From Escherichia phage vB_EcoS-606R9, in sequence record ON470581: DNA of 21,284 nt; one strand, written 5' to 3'. Positions 9,049-17,348 of this stretch are shown here, in pieces; within the stretch, counting starts at the first letter, position 1, and each line of letters starts with the position of its first letter. The notes under the pieces were generated by a model. That model had not been told where the DNA came from and searched no databases. It was given only the letters and a program-made list of their open reading frames with translations. The translations under genes were made by a program, and so were the position numbers.

Positions 9049-9105
9049 GCTGCGATCCGGATGGTGAGCAGCGTAACTGTCGGAAGACTTAAACCAGGTA
9101 CTAAT

Positions 9106-9870
9106 ATGAAACTGAAAACGGTCGAGATTAACGGAAAACAATACGCAGAAATTGATACTGCTGGCCTGCCAGTTTATGTGCACGACGATGGTAAAGAAAT
9201 TGGCTTCGATGCACCGCTGGCGACAAAAAAAATTACAGAGCTTAATAGCGAGGCAAAAAATCATCGCCTGGCTAAAGAAGCTGCAGAGGAAAAACTGGCT
9301 AAGTTTGCCGCTATCGAAGACCCGAAGAAGGCGATCGAGGCACTGGAAATGCTGTCAAAAATCGACCAGAAAAAGCTGCTCGATGCGGGACAGGTTGACC
9401 AGGTTAAGGCAGAAATTACGAAAAATTTTCAGCAGCAATTAGATGAAGAAAAGCAACGCTCTCAGATGCTGGAGAAGCAGCTTTACGATTCTATGATTGG
9501 CGGTAGTTTTGCGGGTTCAAAATATATTGCCGATAAAATTGCGATCCCGGCAGATTTATTACAATCACGCTTCGGGCAGGCATTCAAAGTGGAAGAAGGG
9601 AGGATCGTTGCTTATGACGCTTCCGGCAACAAAATTTATTCCCGCGCGAAGCCTGGCGAACTGGCGCAGTTTGATGAGGCGCTGGAGTTCCTTGTCGAAA
9701 ATTACCCTCAGAAAGACTACATCCTGAAAGCCAGTGGCAACAATGGCGGCGGCTCCCGTCCGACACAGCATGATATTGGTCAGAAAACGATGAAACGCTC
9801 TGCTTTTGATGCACTGGATGTTGCAGGTAAGCAAAACGCATTGAAAGACGGTATCACAATCGTTGATTAA
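9106..9870 (+). CDS. Scaffolding protein (putative)
   Basis: Helical, charged, coiled-coil-like sequence (EAAEEKLAKFAAIEDPKKAIEALEMLSKIDQKKLLDAG...) immediately upstream of the major capsid gene. Track ORF starts at 9034, but that overlaps the terminator hairpin; ATG 9106 (MKLKTVEING) preferred, ATG 9061 possible. Confidence 0.5.
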   Translation: MKLKTVEINGKQYAEIDTAGLPVYVHDDGKEIGFDAPLATKKITELNSEAKNHRLAKEAAEEKLAKFAAIEDPKKAIEALEMLSKIDQKKLLDAGQVDQVKAEITKNFQQQLDEEKQRSQMLEKQLYDSMIGGSFAGSKYIADKIAIPADLLQSRFGQAFKVEEGRIVAYDASGNKIYSRAKPGELAQFDEALEFLVENYPQKDYILKASGNNGGGSRPTQHDIGQKTMKRSAFDALDVAGKQNALKDGITIVD

Positions 9871-9968
9871 CACATTTGTCAGCTTCCGGATGGGAGCTGG
9901 TGTCAGGGCTGGATAGCTCATTACTCCATCTATTCACAATTACGCAAATTTTTAAGGAATATTTAATT

Positions 9969-11108
9969 ATGGCTGGAAATACCCTGACCGGGTTGATCCC
10001 GACTATTTATACCGCCCTGGATGTTGTATCCCGTGAGCAGGTAGGTTTTATCCCTGCGGTAGCAAAAAACGCAAAAGCTGACGCCGCAGCAAAAGATCAG
10101 ACGGTAACCGCGCCAGTTGCGCCTGAGGCGAAAACCGAAGATATCGTACCGGGGCCGTCAGCTCCGAATACCGGTGATCAAAATATTGGCACTGTTGATG
10201 TAAAAATTACTAAATCCAAAATGGCACCGGTTAAATGGAATGGTGAAGAACAACTGGCTCTTGGTCCTTCAGGGACTTACAACACCATTCTGGCTGATCA
10301 GTTCAAGCAGGCTTTTCGCGCCCTTGCAAACGAGGTTGAGGCTGATCTTGGTGCGTTGTATTTCGGTGCTTCCCGCGCCGTGGGAACCGCAGGGACAACG
10401 CCGTTTGGTGTTAAAGATGATCTTTCTGATGCTGCTCTGGCTCGTCAGGTTCTGGAGGATAACGGCGCACCGACAACCGATCTGCAGATGGTGCTTGGCT
10501 CCACTGCCATTGCTAATTTGCGCGGAAAACAGTCTGTATTGTTTAAAGTGAATGAATCCGGCACTGAACAGCTACTGCGTGAGGGCGTGTTGGGGCGTCT
10601 GGAGGGATTCAATATTCACAGTTCGGCAGGTGTGAAACGAGCGCCAAAGGTTGCTGCAACTGGTTATCTCGTGAATGGAGAGAAAAAAGAAGGCGATGTT
10701 CTTATTTCCATTGATACTGGTTCGGGGAGTATTTCTGCAGGTCAGATTGTTACGTTCGCTGGTGATCCGAATCAGTATGTTGTGGCAGCAGCGACCAGCA
10801 ATCTGATTACTCTTGCAGCGCCCGGACTGCGTCAGGATCTGGCCGATGATACTGCCATCACAGTTGTTGGGGCCTTTACTGCAAATATGGCGTTTGATCG
10901 CAACGCGTTTCTGCTGGCATCCCGTACTCCGGCAATGCCGGAAGGTGGCGATAATGCTGATGATGTAATGAATGTTACGGACCCGATTTCAGGGATTACG
11001 TTCCAGATTGCACTGTATCGTCAGTATCGCCAGGTGCGCTATGAAGTTGGACTGGCATGGGGTGTTTCATCAGTGAAGCCGGCACATGGTTGTCTGATTC
11101 TTGGTTAA
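9969..11108 (+). CDS. Major capsid protein (putative)
   Basis: 379 aa from ATG 9969 with AAGGA about 10 nt upstream (track ORF begins at TTG 9876 with no RBS); follows the scaffold gene and is followed by a strong terminator hairpin, typical of a highly expressed coat gene. Confidence 0.65.
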   Translation: MAGNTLTGLIPTIYTALDVVSREQVGFIPAVAKNAKADAAAKDQTVTAPVAPEAKTEDIVPGPSAPNTGDQNIGTVDVKITKSKMAPVKWNGEEQLALGPSGTYNTILADQFKQAFRALANEVEADLGALYFGASRAVGTAGTTPFGVKDDLSDAALARQVLEDNGAPTTDLQMVLGSTAIANLRGKQSVLFKVNESGTEQLLREGVLGRLEGFNIHSSAGVKRAPKVAATGYLVNGEKKEGDVLISIDTGSGSISAGQIVTFAGDPNQYVVAAATSNLITLAAPGLRQDLADDTAITVVGAFTANMAFDRNAFLLASRTPAMPEGGDNADDVMNVTDPISGITFQIALYRQYRQVRYEVGLAWGVSSVKPAHGCLILG

Positions 11109-11118
11109 ACATTCAAAC

Positions 11119-11140
11119 GGGGCTTCGGCCCCATTTTTAA
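11119..11140 (+). terminator. Intrinsic terminator-like hairpin after the major capsid gene
   Basis: GGGGC-TTCG-GCCCC (5-bp all-GC stem, UUCG tetraloop) followed by ATTTTTAA, 11 nt after the capsid stop. Confidence 0.55.
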
Positions 11141-11150
11141 TGGGGGGCAT

Positions 11151-11327
11151 ATGGCCGGATTAACTAAAGAGCAAAGAGCACAGCGTGAAGCCGCACAAAA
11201 AACGCAAATTGAGTTAGTGGTTATGGTGACCGATTATCAGATGTTTCCCGGCGCACCAACTATCGCTAATGTTCATCCTGATGAAGTTGACAACTGGAAG
11301 GCTATGGGCTGGAAAACTCAGGAGTAA
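11151..11327 (+). CDS. Small hypothetical protein (58 aa), not in the supplied ORF track
   Basis: ATG 11151 to TAA 11325-11327, translating MAGLTKEQRAQREAAQKTQIELVVMVTDYQMFPGAPTIANVHPDEVDNWKAMGWKTQE; fills the gap between the capsid terminator and the next gene, same strand. Coding status unproven. Confidence 0.3.
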   Translation: MAGLTKEQRAQREAAQKTQIELVVMVTDYQMFPGAPTIANVHPDEVDNWKAMGWKTQE

Positions 11328-11330
11328 CAC

Positions 11331-11726
11331 ATGATCACTTACGTGACCTGTGATGACGTTGATAATGCGTTTGGGAACGCCTGGACGAGTGAGAACGCTA
11401 AAAATAAAGCTGTTTTAATGGCTAATGCCTGGCTTAATGGCTTCAACCTGAAAATTAACCCATCCCGTATTCCGGAAGAGGTAAAACTTGCGGGAGCATA
11501 TGCAGCCAGAATTGCCTCATTTGGTAAGTTGTTTCAGCAGAAAAATGATTCTGGCGTTGTTATCAGTAAAGCCGTGTCGGCTGACGGGGTCAGTGTATCG
11601 AAATCATTTTCTGAGTTGCCAGCAAACAGCACTGCATTGCTTGAACCCGATTTACAGCTTGCGATAGCACTGCTGAAACCGTACGGACTTAGTCGCTCAC
11701 AAGTCAGGGTTGTGAGGGGGGGATAA
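11331..11726 (+). CDS. Head completion / head-tail connector protein (putative, by position)
   Basis: 131-aa ORF, first of four tightly packed small genes (about 126-131 aa each) between capsid and major tail genes, with start/stop overlaps typical of head-tail joining genes. Confidence 0.4.
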   Translation: MITYVTCDDVDNAFGNAWTSENAKNKAVLMANAWLNGFNLKINPSRIPEEVKLAGAYAARIASFGKLFQQKNDSGVVISKAVSADGVSVSKSFSELPANSTALLEPDLQLAIALLKPYGLSRSQVRVVRGG

Positions 11727-12109
11727 TGGGGCTTCGTGAAGAGATTCAGTCAGAGGTTGCCGCTGCTTTTGATGAGGATTTAGCGGACGCCGTGAGTGAT
11801 TTTTCTGGTTATTACGTTACGCACCGGCACTGGGATCCTGTGACGGAAACTGGCGGCGAATCCACCGCAATCTATACCGGGCGAGGCGTGTTGACACGTT
11901 ATAAGCTGGGCAGAATTGATGGGATTAATATTTTGCATGGTGACCTTAAATTAACCGCTCTGGTATGCGAGGTTACGGATAAACCAGCTGTCGACCATAT
12001 TATTGAGATTTATGATCCTGTATCAAGGCAGTTACAACGATACGAGGTAATTACAGCAAGTTTAGATCCTTCCGCATCAGTTTACTCTATCCAGTTAAGG
12101 AGAGCGTAA
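11726..12109 (+). CDS. Head-tail joining protein (putative, by position)
   Basis: 127-aa ORF whose start overlaps the upstream stop (ATAATGG); position within the head-tail joining block. Confidence 0.4.
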   Translation: MGLREEIQSEVAAAFDEDLADAVSDFSGYYVTHRHWDPVTETGGESTAIYTGRGVLTRYKLGRIDGINILHGDLKLTALVCEVTDKPAVDHIIEIYDPVSRQLQRYEVITASLDPSASVYSIQLRRA

Positions 12110-12490
12110 ATGGCAAAGGCATGGGATATAGAACCGTCAATATTTGCCGGGATGATTGAGGAAGATGTAGGGCTGAAGATTCGCTACATCGCTATGCAGA
12201 TTCTTACTGCTATTGATATTGCTGCTCCGGTTGATACCGGACGTTTCAGAAATAACAACCTGGTGTCGTTACAGCATCCCGATTTTGGTATATCTGATAA
12301 CGTGGATCCGAACGGTACGATTGCTGTTCAGCGTGGGATCGGGGTTATTTCGAAAGCTGCAAATTACGGGGTTATTTATATCCAGAATAACCTTCCTTAT
12401 GCAGAGGCTCTTGAAAACGGTCATTCACAACAAGCGCCAACTGGCGTGTATGCCAACGCTTTTTATGGTGTTTTACAGGCTTACAAATGA
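12110..12490 (+). CDS. Tail component / neck protein (putative, by position)
   Basis: 126-aa ORF starting directly after the upstream stop; third gene of the head-tail joining block. Confidence 0.4.
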   Translation: MAKAWDIEPSIFAGMIEEDVGLKIRYIAMQILTAIDIAAPVDTGRFRNNNLVSLQHPDFGISDNVDPNGTIAVQRGIGVISKAANYGVIYIQNNLPYAEALENGHSQQAPTGVYANAFYGVLQAYK

Positions 12491-12879
12491 AGTTTACTGA
12501 AATCAGAAATACGGTTATTTCCAGAATGACGGCACAGACGATTATTGATGGAAAAGACGTATTGTATCCGAACGGGCCAACGTTCGATCCTTCCGGTAAG
12601 TTAATCTGGGCGCGGTTAAGTAATATTCCCGGGCAGGCTGGGGTTAATGAAATTGGCGCGGGGCCGGTTGTTTATCGCACGGGGATAATCATTATTCAGT
12701 TATTTGTCCCCGCAGGTTCTGGTTCAAAACTCATTACTGAGACAGCCGATAAATTGCGGGAACTGTTTGAGTTTCAGGATGACGATCGTCTCAGTTACCA
12801 GGCTGTTTCCTCAATAGCCGTCGGCGAAAAGAATGGCTGGTTCCAGCTTAATCTTCAAATTCCATATCGCGCGCTCTAG
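12487..12879 (+). CDS. Tail completion / tail terminator protein (putative, by position)
   Basis: 130-aa ORF overlapping the upstream stop (ATGA); immediately precedes the major tail gene, where lambda-like phages carry gpU-type tail terminators. Confidence 0.4.
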   Translation: MKFTEIRNTVISRMTAQTIIDGKDVLYPNGPTFDPSGKLIWARLSNIPGQAGVNEIGAGPVVYRTGIIIIQLFVPAGSGSKLITETADKLRELFEFQDDDRLSYQAVSSIAVGEKNGWFQLNLQIPYRAL

Positions 12880-12905
12880 CGCAATTAATGACATAGGAGG
12901 CTTCT

Positions 12906-13868
12906 GTGAGTTCAGGTGCAAAGGTTATCTCGGCATTTATCCGGGAGACAGTTGCAGGCACTACGCCAGCAAGTGGTGACTGGAGTTTATTAAAACGCAC
13001 AAGCTGGGGAGTAAAACCCACCCAGAATAAAGGCGAAAATAATGAGATTGGTGGCTCCCGGATGGCTCAGGGGGCGACGCCTGGCACTGTGGATGTCGGC
13101 GGTGATGTTGGTACCAAATTTCGCTGGGGTCAACATGATGATTTTCTTGCATCCTGTTTCGGCGCGGAATGGTCAGGCGATTCTCTGACAATGGGGAATG
13201 AGCGAATAACATTTTCTCTGGCGACCTATGCGTCCGATGTCGGAATTGCCTCTGTCGTCAGAGGAGCGCAGGTTGGCTCATGGAAAATGCAGATCCCTAA
13301 CGACGGCGATATTACAGCGACCGTAACCTTTGCCGGGCTGGGCTGGGAAACAAAGGCCGATGATACGAATTTTATCAAAGGCAAACCTGTGGATAGTGCA
13401 GGAAAGTTACGCTATTCGTTTAAGGAGGTTTCAGCAGTAAGCCTGAATGGTGTTGCCGGAGGTAACGGTTTTTGTATCGACAGTTTTGATATTCAGTTCG
13501 ATAACAAACTCCAGACACAGCGTTGTATCGGGACTGGCTCGCCTTATGCAGGAGCAAATATTCCGACTACTTTTACACCGTCCGGTACGGTGACGCTTTC
13601 ATGGTCTAAAGCCGCGTGGGAAATCTGGAGTAAAACACTGACTGGAGAAACAGTTCCGTTCAGCTTCACGCTTTCGAATGGAGAGGGGGCATACACTTTC
13701 AGTTTCCCGAAGGTTCAGGTGTCAGGTGAATGGCCTGATGGGGGTAATACTGACATTATCCAGGTTCAATTGAGCATTACCGCAGCAGATGAAGCACCTA
13801 CGATAACCAGAAAAAAATGCTCCCCGACTGCCGTGATCGCAAAAGCCAGTGCTGATGCGATTAGTTGA
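12906..13868 (+). CDS. Major tail (tube) protein (putative)
   Basis: 320-aa ORF with GTG start 12906, preceded by ATAGGAGG; Gly/Thr/Ser-rich beta-type composition; sits directly upstream of the G/G-T chaperone pair, as lambda V does. Confidence 0.6.
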   Translation: MSSGAKVISAFIRETVAGTTPASGDWSLLKRTSWGVKPTQNKGENNEIGGSRMAQGATPGTVDVGGDVGTKFRWGQHDDFLASCFGAEWSGDSLTMGNERITFSLATYASDVGIASVVRGAQVGSWKMQIPNDGDITATVTFAGLGWETKADDTNFIKGKPVDSAGKLRYSFKEVSAVSLNGVAGGNGFCIDSFDIQFDNKLQTQRCIGTGSPYAGANIPTTFTPSGTVTLSWSKAAWEIWSKTLTGETVPFSFTLSNGEGAYTFSFPKVQVSGEWPDGGNTDIIQVQLSITAADEAPTITRKKCSPTAVIAKASADAIS

Positions 13869-13880
13869 TTTTCCGTTATT

Positions 13881-13907
13881 CCCCCTGTGGTACTGCACTA
13901 CAGGGGG
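13881..13907 (+). promoter_or_regulatory. Hairpin upstream of the tail chaperone gene that includes its likely Shine-Dalgarno
   Basis: CCCCCTGT (13881-13888) pairs with ACAGGGGG (13900-13907), 8-bp stem and 11-nt loop, no U-tract. The GGGGGA at 13903-13908, the best SD for ATG 13917, lies in the 3' arm. Confidence 0.35.
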
Positions 13908-13916
13908 ACGCATTGA

Positions 13917-14378
13917 ATGAGGTTATGGATGTTTATTCTTAATCAGAAAATTATCATCGGTGGAGAACGCTGGTTTACGCCAATGAAGGACTTAAAACCT
14001 GTAGACGGGTTAAAACTGTTGGTGGCAAGCAGCGATAACGATCAGTATCGCTCCCGTAATGCATTAATCCGTCGTCACATTGAGAAAATGGATGCCAGTT
14101 TGCACGTCGGAACGAAGGAGTTTGATATTTCAAAGGTTTCCGAGGTAGATTCTGTTGATGATTTACTCATTGATAATGCTGCTCGTTATCTGCTGAAAGA
14201 CTGGAAAGGGGTTGGTGAACTGGTTAATGGTGCTGAGGTTGCACTGGAATATACGCCAGAACGAGGGATCGCGCTGCTTAAGCAGAATCCAGAGTTGTAC
14301 TGGCAGATCCTTGCAGAAGCAGCCAGCATCGCCCAGGGTAAAGAGCAGCAGAAGCAGGATACGATAAAAAAGCCATAG
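13917..14378 (+). CDS. G: Tail assembly chaperone (lambda gpG analogue)
   Basis: 153-aa acidic ORF between the major tail and tape measure genes, ending in the slippery heptamer A_AAA_AAG just before its TAG stop. Downstream ATGs at 13929 and 13983 are alternative starts. Confidence 0.65.
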   Translation: MRLWMFILNQKIIIGGERWFTPMKDLKPVDGLKLLVASSDNDQYRSRNALIRRHIEKMDASLHVGTKEFDISKVSEVDSVDDLLIDNAARYLLKDWKGVGELVNGAEVALEYTPERGIALLKQNPELYWQILAEAASIAQGKEQQKQDTIKKP

Positions 14379-14686
14379 CCGCCCAGCGGTGGTTATCGGA
14401 GTTCGGGGGAGAAAGGGGGGAAAAGGCAAGATGGAAGCGAGAAAAACTCAGGTTGCCACCGATACCGGAACCAGAAATAGACCCGGTGCTTAAGGAATTG
14501 TTGTACGCCTATTCGGTAATATCCCGTGCCCGACGTTATGCTGGAATGACCGGGGTGCCTTTGCCTTTATCTCTGACAGAGATAAATGAATATTTAGCCA
14601 CTCATCCGGTATTGATTGAGCGCGATGAGTTTGAAGCAGTGATCTTTGCACTGGATGACCAGTATTTTCAGGATCAGTGTGTGTAG
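13917..14686 (+). CDS. GT: Tail assembly chaperone G-T fusion made by programmed -1 ribosomal frameshift (predicted)
   Basis: The -1 frame relative to G is open from 14342 to the stop at 14684-14686; the slippery site A_AAA_AAG (14366-14372) lies in the overlap 2 codons before the G stop. Predicted fusion about 256 aa. The conserved G/G-T arrangement of lambda-like tails is established knowledge. Confidence 0.6.
14366..14372 (+). promoter_or_regulatory. -1 programmed frameshift slippery heptamer A_AAA_AAG
   Basis: In the G frame the codons are AAA (14367-14369) and AAG (14370-14372), preceded by A at 14366; this is the same heptamer as the E. coli dnaX frameshift site. Confidence 0.6.
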
Positions 14687-14810
14687 TTGTTAATTACGTA
14701 CACTCTGTTACAGAGATGTGATGGTGTCTTTAATTAAATCGATGATGCTCCTGGAGAAAAGCATTGCGTGGCCTCGTAATCGCTATATCTACTATTATGT
14801 CGCCTGAAAC

Positions 14811-14838
14811 CCACTTCGGTGGGCTTTTTGTTGTCTGG
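14811..14838 (+). terminator. Terminator-like hairpin just upstream of the tape measure gene
   Basis: CCCAC-TTCG-GTGGG (5-bp stem, UUCG tetraloop) followed by CTTTTTGTTGT; lies in the 163-nt spacer between the G-T stop (14686) and the tape measure start (14850). Confidence 0.45.
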
Positions 14839-14849
14839 AGTTTTAATAA

Positions 14850-17348
14850 ATGGCAGAGCAAACCTCGCGTCTCGCAATAATTATTGATAGCACTGGAGCA
14901 AAAAATAATGCTGACAATCTGACCTCCTCATTAGTCAAAATGACGCAGGCCGGGGAAACTGCTGCAAATAGCGCAGGGAAAGTGACTAAGGCAACAGAAG
15001 ATGAGAAGAACGCGCTCGCAAAATTAAAAGTAGCTATTGATCCAGTTGGTGCCGCAATTGATACTGTCGGTCGACGCTATTCTGAATTAAAGAAATTTTT
15101 CGATAAAGGGCTTATTGATAAAGAAGAATATGAATTTCTTGTCCGTAAACTTAATGAAACCACAGAGGAATTGAGCGGGGTTGCGCAAGCGCAGAGAGAA
15201 GCCGAGAAGGCCGGAAAACTTGCTGCCGCCCAGCAGGAAGCGCAGGCTCAGGCCTTTCAAAGAATGCTGGACAAGATCGACCCTCTGGCTGCGGCGCTAA
15301 GAAATCTTGAACAACAGCAGGATGAACTTAATGCTGCGTTTGCATCCGGGAAAATAAATGGTTCTCAGTTTGAGAATTATAGCCGAAAAATACAGGAAAC
15401 ACGGCGAGAGCTTACCGGAGAGGCTCAGGCAGAGCGAGAAGCAGCAAAAGCGCATGATGAACAGGTTGCTGCTTTGCAACGTCTGATTGCTCAACTTGAC
15501 CCTGTCGGAACTGCTTTTAATCGTCTGGTAGAACAACAGAAACAGCTCAATGAAGCAAAAGCTAAGGGGATGCTCTCTCCTGAAATGTATGAGGAACTTT
15601 CTGGAAAACTTCGTGCTATGCGGAGTGAGCTTGAGGTTACTCAATCTCAATTAAGCAAAACCGGAATGTCGGCAAAACAAACGGCTTTTGCTATGCGCAT
15701 GTTGCCTGCACAAATGACGGATATTGTTGTTGGGTTGTCCACTGGTCAGTCGCCTTTTATGGTGTTAATGCAGCAGGGCGGCCAGCTAAAAGATATGTTC
15801 GGTGGGATTGGCCCGGCGATCAAAGGTGTTGGTTCTTATGTGCTGGGATTAATTAATCCTTTTACCCTGGCCGCAGCAGCCGTTGGCGTCTTAGGGCTGG
15901 CTTACTATAAAGGCTCTCAGGAGCAGGACGAATTTAATAAATCTCTTATTCTTACCGGAAATCAGTTGGGGACAACCAGCGGGCAATTGGCCGATATAGC
16001 TCAACGTGCCGGGAATGCGGCTGATTCGACAACTGGCGCTGCGGCGGCAGTATTAAACCAGCTTGTGCGTTCGGGAAAGGTAGCGAGCAGTTCGCTGGAG
16101 CAAGTGACGACAGCGATAGTAAAAACGAGCGAAGTAACAGGAATATCAACCGAACAACTGGTTAATGACTTCAATGAAATTGCAAAGGATCCTGTCAGTG
16201 CCATATCAAAACTTAATGATCAGTACCATTTTCTGACAATTGCGACTTATAACCAGATTAAGGCGCTACAGGATGAAGGGAACCAGCAGGAGGCCGCCCG
16301 CATTGCGACAGAAGCATACTCATCCTCAATGATCCAGCGCACCAACCAGATTAAAGAAAATCTTGGTTATCTTGAGACTGCATGGAAAGCTGTCGCAGAC
16401 TCCGCAAAATGGGCATGGGATTCCATGCTGGACATTGGCCGTGAGGCCTCCCTTGATCAAAAAATCTCAGATGTTCTCCGTCAAATTGATGAAATAGAAA
16501 AAAATACCCGACCCGGAGTTTTCGGGTTAGGTGGCATTGGAGATGGCGGAGCTCAAAATAAAAGGCTGGCACGATTAAAGCAGCAATTGGGCGTACTTCA
16601 AGCAGAAAAAATTGCTCAGGACGTCCTAAATTCATCAATAAACGATTACAACAAGCGACAACAGGAAGGAATTGAACTCAGACAGAGAGCAGATGCCTTT
16701 TCAAAACAATATCAGACCCGGGAGCAGCAGAGAGCTAGTGAACTTGCAAAACTGGAAAAGCTAAAGAGTCAGTATTCAAAGGAAGAATATAATAATTTTA
16801 TCGCTCAAATAAATGAGCGTTATAAAGATCCAAAGCAACCAAAGGCGAAAGGTTATTCGGATGATGCTGCCCAACGAATGATTGATCATCTGAATCAACA
16901 GAATGCGTTACTAAGTTCACAAACTGAATTAACCGTTAAATTAAGTTCCTCTGAACAGGAACTGGTTAAGTGGCGTCAGCAGATTGCCGACCTGGAGTCA
17001 CGACCGTCATCGAAATTAACCCAGGATCAGAAATCGCTTCTCTTACACCGGGAAGAAATAACCGCGTTGATGGAGAAAAATGTTGCGATTGAAAAAAATA
17101 ACAGGCTAATCAAGGAATCCGCCGAAATAGCTGCATGGCGTGATTTATTGCAGGCTTCGATTGATAATCGTCAACAGGGGTATGATATTCAGATTGCTGG
17201 TTATGGGGTTGGCGATAAAAATCAGCAACGCCAGCAGGAATTACTGCGGATTGAACGTGAATATAACAATCAGCGTCTGCAACTTGAACGTGACTATGCA
17301 GATAAATCCCGTGGGATGTCAAATCATGTTTTTCAGGAGAAAATGTAG
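14850..17348 (+). CDS. H: Tail tape measure protein, N-terminal 832 codons ending at an in-frame TAG
   Basis: Long Ala/Gln/Glu-rich coiled-coil ORF with an internal hydrophobic glycine-rich segment, directly after G/G-T and before the M, L, K, I, J homologues. The ORF ends at TAG 17346-17348, but the same frame stays open for a further 245 codons to 18083. Confidence 0.75.
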   Translation: MAEQTSRLAIIIDSTGAKNNADNLTSSLVKMTQAGETAANSAGKVTKATEDEKNALAKLKVAIDPVGAAIDTVGRRYSELKKFFDKGLIDKEEYEFLVRKLNETTEELSGVAQAQREAEKAGKLAAAQQEAQAQAFQRMLDKIDPLAAALRNLEQQQDELNAAFASGKINGSQFENYSRKIQETRRELTGEAQAEREAAKAHDEQVAALQRLIAQLDPVGTAFNRLVEQQKQLNEAKAKGMLSPEMYEELSGKLRAMRSELEVTQSQLSKTGMSAKQTAFAMRMLPAQMTDIVVGLSTGQSPFMVLMQQGGQLKDMFGGIGPAIKGVGSYVLGLINPFTLAAAAVGVLGLAYYKGSQEQDEFNKSLILTGNQLGTTSGQLADIAQRAGNAADSTTGAAAAVLNQLVRSGKVASSSLEQVTTAIVKTSEVTGISTEQLVNDFNEIAKDPVSAISKLNDQYHFLTIATYNQIKALQDEGNQQEAARIATEAYSSSMIQRTNQIKENLGYLETAWKAVADSAKWAWDSMLDIGREASLDQKISDVLRQIDEIEKNTRPGVFGLGGIGDGGAQNKRLARLKQQLGVLQAEKIAQDVLNSSINDYNKRQQEGIELRQRADAFSKQYQTREQQRASELAKLEKLKSQYSKEEYNNFIAQINERYKDPKQPKAKGYSDDAAQRMIDHLNQQNALLSSQTELTVKLSSSEQELVKWRQQIADLESRPSSKLTQDQKSLLLHREEITALMEKNVAIEKNNRLIKESAEIAAWRDLLQASIDNRQQGYDIQIAGYGVGDKNQQRQQELLRIEREYNNQRLQLERDYADKSRGMSNHVFQEKM

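Noticed and set aside
9034-9105. Upstream extension of the scaffold ORF (start at 9034 or 9061)
   Set aside because: The extension overlaps the terminator hairpin and T-run at 9021-9048 and encodes a hydrophobic leader (MAFFIAAIRMVSS) with no RBS; ATG 9106 is preferred, though not certain.
15297-16638. Minus-strand ORFs (117, 65, 67 and 95 aa) inside the tape measure gene
   Set aside because: Antisense within the Ala/Gln-rich coiled-coil coding region, where the complementary strand tends to give open frames.
17346-17348. Calling the tape measure TAG a selenocysteine or pyrrolysine recoding site, or a natural gene boundary
   Set aside because: TAG is not the Sec codon and no recoding element is evident; the downstream segment has no start signal and belongs to the same protein. 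Mutation, suppression or sequencing error are simpler explanations.
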